DNA of 64,000 nucleotides, from positions 65,555 to 129,554 of the forward strand of contig DATJLR010000007.1 in the NCBI GenBank assembly GCA_035509435.1, written 5' to 3'. The position numbers and the translations under genes were made by a program. The stretch's first letter is position 1, and each line of letters begins with the position of its first letter. The notes below the pieces were generated by a model. That model worked only from the letters and a program-made list of their open reading frames with translations, searched no databases and was not told the DNA's origin. Positions 55,662-64,000 of this stretch are shown here, in pieces. Origin of the DNA: Minisyncoccota bacterium (GTDB lineage Bacteria > Patescibacteriota > Minisyncoccia > UBA6257 > 2-01-FULL-56-20).

Positions 55662-56081
55662 TTATTTGAATAAAATATAGGCGAAATACCCGACCACTGC
55701 GATCGCGACGATCGCGACGATCGTCACGACAATGATCGGGAGAAGATTGCTGTGCGATGACGGCTCGGTTTCCGGAACGAACCGTGAAGGGGCGGGAGCA
55801 ACACCGGCAGAAGTAGCAACGCCAGATTCATCGCCTGCGGCCGCAACGGCAGGTGCCGATGCCGGCGCCGGAGCGGCGGTCGCCATCGGTGCGGGCGTGT
55901 GGAACGCGGTCGGCGGCTTGTATTCCTTCTCAAGCGTGAGCCCCGAGACCGGCACGTTCTGAAACACCGGCGCGCCTCCTCCGCTCCGCATCATTGCGTC
56001 GATATCGGAACGCATCGTCCGGATCTTCACCTGCGACGGCGGAGGCGGCGGCGCTGTCGTCATCAATTTCTTCAGGTCCAT
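55662..56081 (-). CDS. Hypothetical tail-anchored protein
   Basis: IRTMRSDI motif, Pro/Ala linker, C-terminal TM helix. Confidence 0.7.
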   Translation of the reverse strand: MDLKKLMTTAPPPPPSQVKIRTMRSDIDAMMRSGGGAPVFQNVPVSGLTLEKEYKPPTAFHTPAPMATAAPAPASAPAVAAAGDESGVATSAGVAPAPSRFVPETEPSSHSNLLPIIVVTIVAIVAIAVVGYFAYILFK

Positions 56082-56218
56082 AGGGATATTTTAGCATGTC
56101 GCAGGCCCTCTTGTGAATTAAAAGTCTTTGTTCTGCTTAGGGATGAAGAAAAACGTGTTGTATACAAAAAGGCCGACTCCAAAGAGCCGGCCATCCCCTT
56201 AATACAATTCATGTTTTG

Positions 56219-56797
56219 TTACAGATGCATTCTGACGAAGGCAACGACCCCAATCGATATGCCTAGAAGCAAAAGGTAGGTAATGATCAGCCATGTTTTT
56301 TGCCAACGAAACAATCCTTTCCCTTCTTCTCTCATCCTGGACCAAAAATTTGATCCATCTGAGCCCGCGACGGGAAAATACTGGACGATGGCAAAGATCG
56401 CATTACTTTGGATAACGACCAGCCAGGCTTTTCCATTGAGGACGTGAAGAGAATGCAGCCCGAACATTGGAACGAAGAGAATGATTTGGGCAGCAACTCC
56501 CGCCAGGCTAAGAAATACGAAAACCCATGGAATCATTTTTCCAGCATCGCTCCGATAATACGATACAGAGCAATACACGGCATTGACATTAAGTTGCCAG
56601 CCGATGCCGCTCAACGATAGAACCACACCATGCCCGAGCTCATGAATAATCGCAGCAGTCCACATGGTGAGCAGGAAAGCAAACGCCACATCTTTAGGCT
56701 CACCAAGCAGCACGGTCACGACCAGGACGATAATCACCAACAATACCTGCAGGCCGAGAAACGATAGAAGTCCTTTCAATCTCTTGCCGTCGACCAT
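56219..56797 (-). CDS. M50/site-2 protease-like membrane metalloprotease
   Basis: HELGH and P...SDG motifs; TTGACA-17-TATAAT promoter; GGAGG SD. Confidence 0.75.
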   Translation of the reverse strand: MVDGKRLKGLLSFLGLQVLLVIIVLVVTVLLGEPKDVAFAFLLTMWTAAIIHELGHGVVLSLSGIGWQLNVNAVYCSVSYYRSDAGKMIPWVFVFLSLAGVAAQIILFVPMFGLHSLHVLNGKAWLVVIQSNAIFAIVQYFPVAGSDGSNFWSRMREEGKGLFRWQKTWLIITYLLLLGISIGVVAFVRMHL

Positions 56798-56905
56798 GAC
56801 TGCCTCCGTGACTTTCAGTAGGTGCCAAACTTCTGGAGTGAATTATACTTTGAAAAAGATTATTTGTCAATGCGGAACAAGGAGAGCTGGCCATAAGACA
56901 GTTAG

Positions 56906-57028
56906 CAAATAACAAAAACACGCCCTATTCGAGGGGCGTCGCGGAGGCACGAAGGTGCCGAGCGCCGAGGCGGCCGGCTAGCAGGCCGGAACGCCGTCCC
57001 CGAGAATAGGGCGTGTTTTTGTTATTTG
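56906..57028. repeat. 25-bp perfect inverted repeat enclosing a multibranch GC-rich insert at the pnp 3' end
   Basis: CAAATAACAAAAACACGCCCTATTC at 56906-56930 and its reverse complement at 57004-57028. Confidence 0.85.
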
Positions 57029-59157
57029 TTTTCCAGCTGCTTTATGGACAGCCCGATCTTGCCATTTTCGGCTTTGATGATCTTCGCGCGGACATGGTCG
57101 CCGACATGGACGACATCCTCCACGTTCTTCACAAAGCCGGGGCGCAACTCGGAGACGTGGATCATGCCGTCGTTGCCGCCGCCGAGATCGACGATCGCGC
57201 CGAACTCCAGGATCTTCACGATCGGGCCCTCAACGATCTCGCCCACTTTCCATTCTTTCGTCATTCCCAGAATTTCCGCGACGCACGCCTCCACCTTTTC
57301 AAGGTCGGTGCCGGAGACGAAGACGCCGCCGTCCTCTTCTATATCGATGCCGGCCAGCGCGTATTTCTCGATGAGGCCGTTGATCATCTTGCCGCCGGGG
57401 CCGATGACCGTGCCGATCTTCGAGGGATCGATCTTGAACTGGCGGATCTTCGGCACGAAGGGCGAGATCGCCGTGCGCGGCGCAGGGAGCGTCGCAACGA
57501 TCGTCTTCAATATGTGCAGCCGCGCATCGCGCGCCTGTGCGAACGCCTTCTCGAGGATGTCGATCGTGAGCCCGTCCACTTTGACGTCCATCTGCACGCC
57601 GGTCACGCCGTCGGCAGTGCCCGCAACTTTGAAGTCCATGTCGCCGTGATGGTCTTCCGGACCCTGGATGTCGGTGAGCACTTTGTAGTTATTGACGTCG
57701 GCGGTGCCGTCCGCGTTGGACGCCATCATGAGGCCCATCGCGATGCCCGCGGCCGGCTTTTTGAGCGGCACGCCGGCGTCCATGAGCGAGAGCGCGGCGG
57801 CGCAGACCGTCGCCTGCGACGATGAACCGTTGGACGACATGATCTCCGAAACGACGCGGATCGTGTACGGGAATTCCTCCTTTGACGGGATCAGGCGCTC
57901 GAGCGATTTGCGCGCCAGATTGCCGTGGCCGATCTCGCGGCGCCCGGGCCCGCGGAAGTTGCCCACCTCCCCCACCGAGAACGGCGGGAAGTTGTAGTGT
58001 AGCATGAAGCGGCGCTTGGCGTTCGTTTCCATCGATTCGATCAGCTGCTCGGCGCCGGGCGCCGCGAGCGTCGTGATCGCGAGCGCCTGCGTGTTACCGC
58101 GGATAAAGAGCGCCGACCCGTGCGTGCGCGAGAAGAGGCCCACCTCGGCGTCGAGCGCGCGCACCTCGTCCAGCTTGCGGCCGTCGGGACGACGCTCCTT
58201 CTCCAAAACATTTTTATGGACAACGTCGTTCACCGAATCCTCAAAAAGCGATTCCACCGCCTTCCAGTTTATTTTTTCCTTTGACTCCGCGAACTTCTCT
58301 TTGATATGCAGATTAAGGTCATGGTTCAGCGCGCCGACCGCGGTCGTGTGCTCCACTTTCGTCGGTTTGTAGATCGCGTCCTCAAGCTTGTCGGCCAAAA
58401 ACTCTTCCACGGCGGCCTTGATCTCCGGATCGGGCATGACGAGCGCAACCTCCGCCTTCGGCTTTCCCACCTCTTTGCGGATCTGCTCCTGGAACGCGAT
58501 CAGCTTATTTATTTCCGTCTGCGCGAGTGCGAACGATGCGATGACATCCTTCTCCTGCGCATCCAAGCCGCCAAGCTCGATCATATTGATGCGATCCTTG
58601 GAACCGGAGACGAACGCGTCGAATATCGGCAGGTTCGGCTCGACAATATCGCTGTTGTTGGGATTGATCACGAATGGACCGTCCTTTTTTTGCGCCACGC
58701 GAACGCCGGCAACCGGACCGTTCCACGGGATGTCCGAGATAAAGAGCGCGGTGGATACGCCGAGCAATCCCACGAATTCGGGATCGTTCTGTTCGTCGAT
58801 CTGCAGCACGGTGACGACCACCTGGATGTCGCGGCGCATCTTGTCGTTGAAGAGCGGGCGGATGGTGCGGTCAACAAGGCGTCCGGCGAGGATCGCCTCT
58901 TCGGACGAGCGGCCTTCGCGGCGCACGTAGCGCGAGCCGATGATCTTGCCCGCGGCATAGAACTTCTCTTCGTAGTCCACCTTGAGCGGCAGGTAATCGA
59001 GCTCCACATCCCTGCGGCCCATCACCGCCGTCGCGAGCACCACGGTCTCGCCGTATTTTGCGATCACCGCGGCGTTCGCCTGTTCGGCGAGCGCTGAGAT
59101 CTCTATCGTCAGCGTCTTTCCCGCTATCTCAACCGAAAACTGCTTTTTCTGTAACAT
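57022..59157 (-). CDS. pnp: Polynucleotide phosphorylase
   Basis: Two RNase PH domains, RREIGHG, DMDFKVAGT, KH and S1 domains. Confidence 0.96.
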   Translation of the reverse strand: MLQKKQFSVEIAGKTLTIEISALAEQANAAVIAKYGETVVLATAVMGRRDVELDYLPLKVDYEEKFYAAGKIIGSRYVRREGRSSEEAILAGRLVDRTIRPLFNDKMRRDIQVVVTVLQIDEQNDPEFVGLLGVSTALFISDIPWNGPVAGVRVAQKKDGPFVINPNNSDIVEPNLPIFDAFVSGSKDRINMIELGGLDAQEKDVIASFALAQTEINKLIAFQEQIRKEVGKPKAEVALVMPDPEIKAAVEEFLADKLEDAIYKPTKVEHTTAVGALNHDLNLHIKEKFAESKEKINWKAVESLFEDSVNDVVHKNVLEKERRPDGRKLDEVRALDAEVGLFSRTHGSALFIRGNTQALAITTLAAPGAEQLIESMETNAKRRFMLHYNFPPFSVGEVGNFRGPGRREIGHGNLARKSLERLIPSKEEFPYTIRVVSEIMSSNGSSSQATVCAAALSLMDAGVPLKKPAAGIAMGLMMASNADGTADVNNYKVLTDIQGPEDHHGDMDFKVAGTADGVTGVQMDVKVDGLTIDILEKAFAQARDARLHILKTIVATLPAPRTAISPFVPKIRQFKIDPSKIGTVIGPGGKMINGLIEKYALAGIDIEEDGGVFVSGTDLEKVEACVAEILGMTKEWKVGEIVEGPIVKILEFGAIVDLGGGNDGMIHVSELRPGFVKNVEDVVHVGDHVRAKIIKAENGKIGLSIKQLENK

Positions 59158-59190
59158 TGAATTTTATGAACCGCGGGTCCCGGAGAGTCC

Positions 59191-59266
59191 TGTCATCCTG
59201 AGCTTTGGGAAGGACTTTGTGCGGCGGCCTCGTGCCGCGCAGTCCCGCGCAAAGCTCGGAATGACA
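59191..59266 (-). promoter_or_regulatory. Long imperfect hairpin in the pnp 5' leader
   Basis: TGTCATCCTGAGCTTTG...CAAAGCTCGGAATGACA with inner GGACT/AGTCC and GCGGC/GCCGC stems. Confidence 0.6.
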
Positions 59267-59302
59267 TCCCCTTTATCGCGCTTCGATTAGTTTAATTGGT
59301 TT

Positions 59303-59992
59303 TTAATGATTGTCCGACTGCGGCCTTCTGCCTCGTGCCGCCGCATACCGCGGCTTCATGATCGCGCGCGGGACGGTCTCGATGTTCACGAACTCGTCCG
59401 CGGCTTCCACGATTTTTGACGATGCGCTCCGTCTGAATGCGGCGACCTCGACCACTCGCCCGCCTCCCCATTTTACGTAATTGATCAACGGAATGTAATC
59501 GCCGTCGCCGGTCACAAGGATGATCACGTCGAGCGATTCCATCATGCGGATGACGTCTACCGTAAGGCCGACGTCCCAGTCCCCCTTCTTCAATCCACCG
59601 GCATAGATCTGCAAGTCTTTCATCCGGAGCTCAAGCCCCGCTTTTTCCAGCGCTTCGAAGAAACTTGCTTCGGATGACATGCCGCCGTTGCCGTTCGCGC
59701 CATCCCCGTTGCCGTTCGAATACGCGGATGCGGACGCCGGCGCGAGCGAGACCGCCGCCGCCTGATCTTTTTCCGCCATGCGCTGGTGGCCGCGCGGCTG
59801 CTGGGGCTCCACGCCTTCGCTCCGCACCACGTACGCGAGCGCGCGGATCAGCTGGCGTCCGCCCACCAAATGCTTGATGAGTTCCGCGTAGTTCACGCGG
59901 CCCTGATAGAGATTCTTTGCTGAATGGTACAGGTTGGACACATCAACAAAAATCCCAACCCGCTGGTTGGAATGATTGGCCTCGGCTTTCAT
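59303..59992 (-). CDS. NYN (LabA/DUF88) domain protein
   Basis: FVDVSNL, KGDWDV, GDGDY motifs. Confidence 0.88.
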   Translation of the reverse strand: MKAEANHSNQRVGIFVDVSNLYHSAKNLYQGRVNYAELIKHLVGGRQLIRALAYVVRSEGVEPQQPRGHQRMAEKDQAAAVSLAPASASAYSNGNGDGANGNGGMSSEASFFEALEKAGLELRMKDLQIYAGGLKKGDWDVGLTVDVIRMMESLDVIILVTGDGDYIPLINYVKWGGGRVVEVAAFRRSASSKIVEAADEFVNIETVPRAIMKPRYAAARGRRPQSDNH

Positions 59993-60258
59993 TATTTTTT
60001 AAGTTCGAGCTTCTTCACCAGTTTATCGTACGAAGAAGGCTCGTGCTTCTTCATGTACGCGAGCAGCTTCCTGCGCTTGGAGACCATCTTCAAAAGGCCG
60101 CGGCGGGAATGGTTATCCTTCGGGTTTTTCTTGAGATGTGTGGCCAATTCGTCGATCTGGCGCGAGGTCATCGCGATCTGCACCTGGGCAGAGCCGGTGT
60201 CTTTCTCGTGCGTCTTATGTTCTCCCACGATGCGGGATTTTACTCGTTTAGTAAGCAT
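59992..60258 (-). CDS. rpsO: 30S ribosomal protein S15
   Basis: DTGSAQVQIA, KDNHSRRGLLKMV. Confidence 0.96.
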   Translation of the reverse strand: MLTKRVKSRIVGEHKTHEKDTGSAQVQIAMTSRQIDELATHLKKNPKDNHSRRGLLKMVSKRRKLLAYMKKHEPSSYDKLVKKLELKK

Positions 60259-60337
60259 TATTGGTTATGATACATCAATATTTAATTTTTAGCAAGGGTG
60301 CCACACATTTTGCGACACATCGCGGTATAATAAATGC

Positions 60338-61279
60338 ATGCCCCGAGCGACCACGCCAGCCAAACAGCAGAAAAAAGAAAAGCCGCGCACCGAGATCGAG
60401 CGGCTGCTCCAGGACTATCTGAACTATCTCGAGATCGAAAAGAACCGGTCGCCGCGCACGAGCGAGAACTATCAGCATTACCTTGCGGAGTTTTTGAAAT
60501 TCGCGCAGATCTCGTCCCCCGCCGAGATCACGGACGGCGTGGTGCGCGAGTTCCGCGTGGCCCTCGCGCGGCGCGAGATCAAGCGCGTGACGCAGGGATA
60601 CTATGCGATCGCCCTGCGCAATTTTTTGAAGTATCTCGCCAAGCGCGATGTGAAATCGCTCGCGGCGGAGAAGATCGAACTGCCGAAAGTGCCGGGACGG
60701 CAGATCGACACGCTGGAATACGGCGACCTTGAGCGGCTCCTCGCCGCGCCGAAGGGCGATTCGCTCCGCGACCTGCGCGACAAAGCGATCCTCGAGATGT
60801 TCTTCTCCACCGGCCTGCGCCTCGCCGAGCTCTGCGCGCTCCCGCGCACGATCGATCTCCGGCGCGGCGAGGTCTCCGTCCGCGGCAAAGGCGACAAGCT
60901 GCGCGTGGTCTTCATCTCGGACAGCGCGCGCGAGGCGGTGCAAAAATATATGGCCAAGCGGGGCGACGCCGAAGAGAAATTGTTCGTAAGCCTTGACCGC
61001 CTCGGCCGCGTGATCGGCCCCATCACGCCACGCGCCGTCCAGCGCCTCGTCGCCGCACGCGCCGCGCAGGCGGGCATCCCCAATCATATCCACGCGCATC
61101 TTCTCCGCCATAGCTTTGCCACGGATCTGTTGGTAAACGGCGCCGACCTGCGCTCCGTGCAAGAGCTCCTCGGCCACGCGAACATCTCGACCACGCAGGT
61201 CTACACCCACCTCACCAACAAGCAACTCCGCGAAGTGCACAAAGCGTTCCACGGCGCGCGGCGCGCGGAAAAGGAATAG
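60338..61279 (+). CDS. XerC/XerD-family tyrosine recombinase
   Basis: TGLRLAEL, GKGDK, HLLRHSFAT, LLGH, TTQVY. Confidence 0.92.
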   Translation: MPRATTPAKQQKKEKPRTEIERLLQDYLNYLEIEKNRSPRTSENYQHYLAEFLKFAQISSPAEITDGVVREFRVALARREIKRVTQGYYAIALRNFLKYLAKRDVKSLAAEKIELPKVPGRQIDTLEYGDLERLLAAPKGDSLRDLRDKAILEMFFSTGLRLAELCALPRTIDLRRGEVSVRGKGDKLRVVFISDSAREAVQKYMAKRGDAEEKLFVSLDRLGRVIGPITPRAVQRLVAARAAQAGIPNHIHAHLLRHSFATDLLVNGADLRSVQELLGHANISTTQVYTHLTNKQLREVHKAFHGARRAEKE

Positions 61280-61280
61280 T

Positions 61281-62786
61281 ATGGATGCGCCGCTTCGCTA
61301 TCGCGTCTTTGCCGGCATCCTGATATTTTTTTCGTTCCTTGTCATAACCGCAAAGACTATCGATCCGGACCTTTACTGGCATCTGCGCGACGGCGAATTG
61401 ATCCTCGCCACACACACCGTGCCGCGCGTGGATACCTATAGCTACACGATGGCCGGTATGCCGTGGGTTGACCATGAATGGCTTGTGGAGGCAGCGTTCG
61501 CCTGGATGTACAATCACGGCTTGATGCCCGTGCTCGATCTCATCTTCGCGATCATCGCGTTCATACCGTTCGTCGTCTGGCTCCGGCGCTACCGCACGTG
61601 GCCCGACCTGTGGGCGATCGGCGCGGGCGCCTCGGTCTTTATGTCATTCCTCGCAGTGAAGCCCCAGATCGTGTCGTATCTTTTTTTCTTCATAGTATAT
61701 GAGTTGCTTGCCCACTATTATCTCACCGCCAAAGATGCCCGCGGGGCGCACAGAAAAATATACCTTCTTGCCCTGCCGCTCGTCTTCTTTGTGTGGGCGA
61801 ACATCCATGCGGAATTCGTTTCAGGGCTCCTACTCTTCGGGGTATTCCCCATGACCGATGCGGCAGTGGCGATCTATCGTAAAACAAAAGGCCAGTGGAA
61901 TGCCGTTCTGTTCCCTGCCGCAATGTTCGTACTGAGTGCCGTGACGCCGCTCTTTAATCCGTATGGCGCGGGACTGTACGGCGAGATAGTTCGCGTGGCG
62001 CTCTCGGCGAACACTATGAAATATATCCAGGAATGGCAGTCCCCCTTCGCGGGATCGCCATCGCTTTCCCCTACCACCTTCGCGCTCGCGTTCGTGCTCT
62101 CTATCTTTATTTTTCTCGTCCTGCGGTTCGGCAAGCGCGTTCCGCCGGCAGCGCTCTCCGCTGCCGTGATCTTCTTTTTGTTGTTCGCAAAAGCCCAACG
62201 GATGGGACCGCTCTTTATTATCATCGCGATCCCGTTCATGCACGAGGGGCTTTCGCTCGCCGCGACAGAGGTCGTCTCCCGCTGGCATCTTGCCTCCCGG
62301 CGCGCGAAGAAAATATTCCGTGGCGTGGGCAACACTCTTTCGGTCGCAGCATTCGGAGCCATCGTCGTTACGCCGGCAACACTTGTCCCTTCGCAATATC
62401 CGGTGGGCGCGGTAACCCTTCTCAACGATCAGGCTGCGCAGGGCAACCACATCGTCCTTCTCAATTTCTACGGCTGGGGCGGATATCTCGATTGGAACGC
62501 GCCCGAGATACCCGTGTTCATCGACGGCAGGATGCCGCACTGGACAGAGCCGGACGGCACATCCGCCATGCAGAACTATGTTGACATCTTCCTTGCGCCG
62601 ACAAACTGGCCCACGCAAGAAACGATACTCAAAGAGTGGGGCGTGAACACCGTACTCATCCAGAGCTCAAAGCAGGGCGAAAGCAATGCCAACACCACGC
62701 TCACCGGCGAACTCTTAGCGAACGGATGGGCCGAAACGTATAAAGATCAGACTGCGATCGTGCTGGAGGCTCCTGATCAAAACTGA
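61281..62786 (+). CDS. Multi-TM membrane protein, probable GT-C-fold glycosyltransferase
   Basis: DPDLYWHL..G, WVDHEWL, WANIH, NPYG, FIDGR motifs. Confidence 0.65.
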   Translation: MDAPLRYRVFAGILIFFSFLVITAKTIDPDLYWHLRDGELILATHTVPRVDTYSYTMAGMPWVDHEWLVEAAFAWMYNHGLMPVLDLIFAIIAFIPFVVWLRRYRTWPDLWAIGAGASVFMSFLAVKPQIVSYLFFFIVYELLAHYYLTAKDARGAHRKIYLLALPLVFFVWANIHAEFVSGLLLFGVFPMTDAAVAIYRKTKGQWNAVLFPAAMFVLSAVTPLFNPYGAGLYGEIVRVALSANTMKYIQEWQSPFAGSPSLSPTTFALAFVLSIFIFLVLRFGKRVPPAALSAAVIFFLLFAKAQRMGPLFIIIAIPFMHEGLSLAATEVVSRWHLASRRAKKIFRGVGNTLSVAAFGAIVVTPATLVPSQYPVGAVTLLNDQAAQGNHIVLLNFYGWGGYLDWNAPEIPVFIDGRMPHWTEPDGTSAMQNYVDIFLAPTNWPTQETILKEWGVNTVLIQSSKQGESNANTTLTGELLANGWAETYKDQTAIVLEAPDQN

Positions 62787-62793
62787 ATTGCGG

Positions 62794-62874
62794 TGCCCGG
62801 GAGAGGACTTGAACCTCTACGCCTTTCGGCACGAGCTCCTAGGGCTCGCGTGTCTGCCATTTCACCACCCGGGC
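62794..62874 (-). tRNA. tRNA-Leu(TAG)
   Basis: GCCCGGG acceptor, CGAGC-CCTAGGA-GCTCG anticodon arm, long variable arm, GGTTCAAGTCC T arm. Confidence 0.9.
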
Positions 62875-63019
62875 AACGCGCCGAATATAGCGCTTATGCC
62901 TCATTTTATGCTATTTCCGTCGCTTTGACAAGTGTCTATTAATGTGGTAGTATTTGGGCAGCTGAGATAGGTTCAGCGATCTGTCTTTTTGAAATCCCCA
63001 ATCATGAAATGGAGGCCCT

Positions 63020-64000
63020 ATGGGCACAGCAATTAGTATCCTGCTTCTGTTTTTCGTGATTGCGAGTGCCTTCGGCATCCTCGCGATTGTGGCAGCTCTC
63101 ATCACCTATCCGATCTGGACCCCTCGATTGGCCAAAAGAAATCTTTTGGTGACCATCGTGGAAGAAGGAACGGGGAAATGGATCATGCGGAACGGGAAGG
63201 CGTGGCGGTTCATTACCTCCCGCGCCGAAAAAGATCCTCACCCGCTTCACTGCGACGTCACCGATGAAGGATTGGCAGAACATCCCAATCCTGGCATGAA
63301 ACTCAGGACCACAGACGGCGAAAACAGCGTCGAGCCATGGTGGGTGGACATGATCGACAGACTTCTTCCTGGCGGCATGCGCTGGGTGGGAATCCCGTGG
63401 ATCTATTCCATCTATGAGTACAACTTTCGGTGGAGCGTGCTTCGCGAAAACAGGCCGCTTTCCACTGAGGACGGGCTCGTCGAAGTTGACGAACTCGAGA
63501 GTGAAAAATTTGCCGTATCTTTCGCAAAGCGCATCGACTATGTGTTCCTTCGTGATTCCGTGTATTACTTTCGGGTAAGCGATGCGGAAACACAAGGAGC
63601 AGACAGCGACGCGACGGACAAGTCGGTAGGCATGGCAATCGCGCTGGACCTGCTGGCTACAATAAGGGTGACGAATCCTTATCTCGCTTTCTTCGTCGTC
63701 CACGACTGGCTTGAAACCTCTTTGGACCTTACTCGTCCCTCGCTCAGAAGCTGGGTGGCGCATCGTCCTTACCAGGAAGTCAACCGTAAAACCGAGTCAG
63801 CGCAGCGAAAATTCGATGAGTTCCTCAGGCAATATCCTGCAGTAGAGGGCGATAAGTGTATTCTGGATTATCTTGAAGAGACTTATGGCGTCAGATACAA
63901 GCGCATTGCATTTGATGCCGTGATCCCTCCCGAGGAATACGCCAAGGCCGTCAACAAGCGTGCCGAGGCGGTTCAGAATGCGGTCTATATCAAGACGATT
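63020..64000 (+). CDS. SPFH/band-7-like membrane protein (runs off window end)
   Basis: Own translation MGTAISILLLFF...TIVEEGTGK...IRVTNPYLAFF...YGV; GGAGG SD; TTGACA-17-TAGTAT promoter. Confidence 0.6.
   Translation, partial: MGTAISILLLFFVIASAFGILAIVAALITYPIWTPRLAKRNLLVTIVEEGTGKWIMRNGKAWRFITSRAEKDPHPLHCDVTDEGLAEHPNPGMKLRTTDGENSVEPWWVDMIDRLLPGGMRWVGIPWIYSIYEYNFRWSVLRENRPLSTEDGLVEVDELESEKFAVSFAKRIDYVFLRDSVYYFRVSDAETQGADSDATDKSVGMAIALDLLATIRVTNPYLAFFVVHDWLETSLDLTRPSLRSWVAHRPYQEVNRKTESAQRKFDEFLRQYPAVEGDKCILDYLEETYGVRYKRIAFDAVIPPEEYAKAVNKRAEAVQNAVYIKTI

Noticed and set aside
60338-62874. Integrase plus tRNA-Leu as an integrated element
   Set aside because: The recombinase looks like housekeeping XerC/D with host-like codons; no att duplication or phage genes seen
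1-64000. Alternative genetic code (TGA = Gly) as in Gracilibacteria/SR1
   Set aside because: Conserved genes are full length under code 11, and several genes end in TGA

Overview
Chromosomal segment of a Patescibacteria/CPR-type bacterium, probably Parcubacteria-like. This is inferred from gene content, the large secreted Ig/S-layer-like proteins and the rpsO-NYN-pnp order; TGA is used as a stop codon. Housekeeping content: a type IV pilus/competence locus (pilM-N-O, pilB, pilT, pilC, pilins, pilD, comF), dcd-CYTH-thyA/folA, HU, clpB, htrA, iscS, ftsK, recA, pnp, rpsO, a Xer recombinase and three standard tRNAs (Gly-GCC, Arg-GCG, Leu-TAG). The most striking unexplained signal is at 53.46-53.70 kb: a 70-nt D-armless tRNA-like gene with alanine identity elements and an 8-nt anticodon-like loop, followed by a separately promoted and terminated small RNA that is 24-bp complementary to that arm. 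This is a candidate RNA-only toxin/antitoxin or tRNA-mimic control pair. Other notable items are a complete Trp-Trp-Trp leader-peptide attenuator in front of an isolated trpD next to trpS and a chorismate mutase-methyltransferase fusion; a wHTH protein whose promoter spacer and coding sequence carry an iteron-like TTGCCGGA array; an (AA)AGGTCG motif upstream of pilin, HU and the S-layer-like gene; a glycosyltransferase in the pilus locus frameshifted near an A9 tract; and widespread leaderless-type gene starts. All calls are by eye from the sequence; no searches were run.
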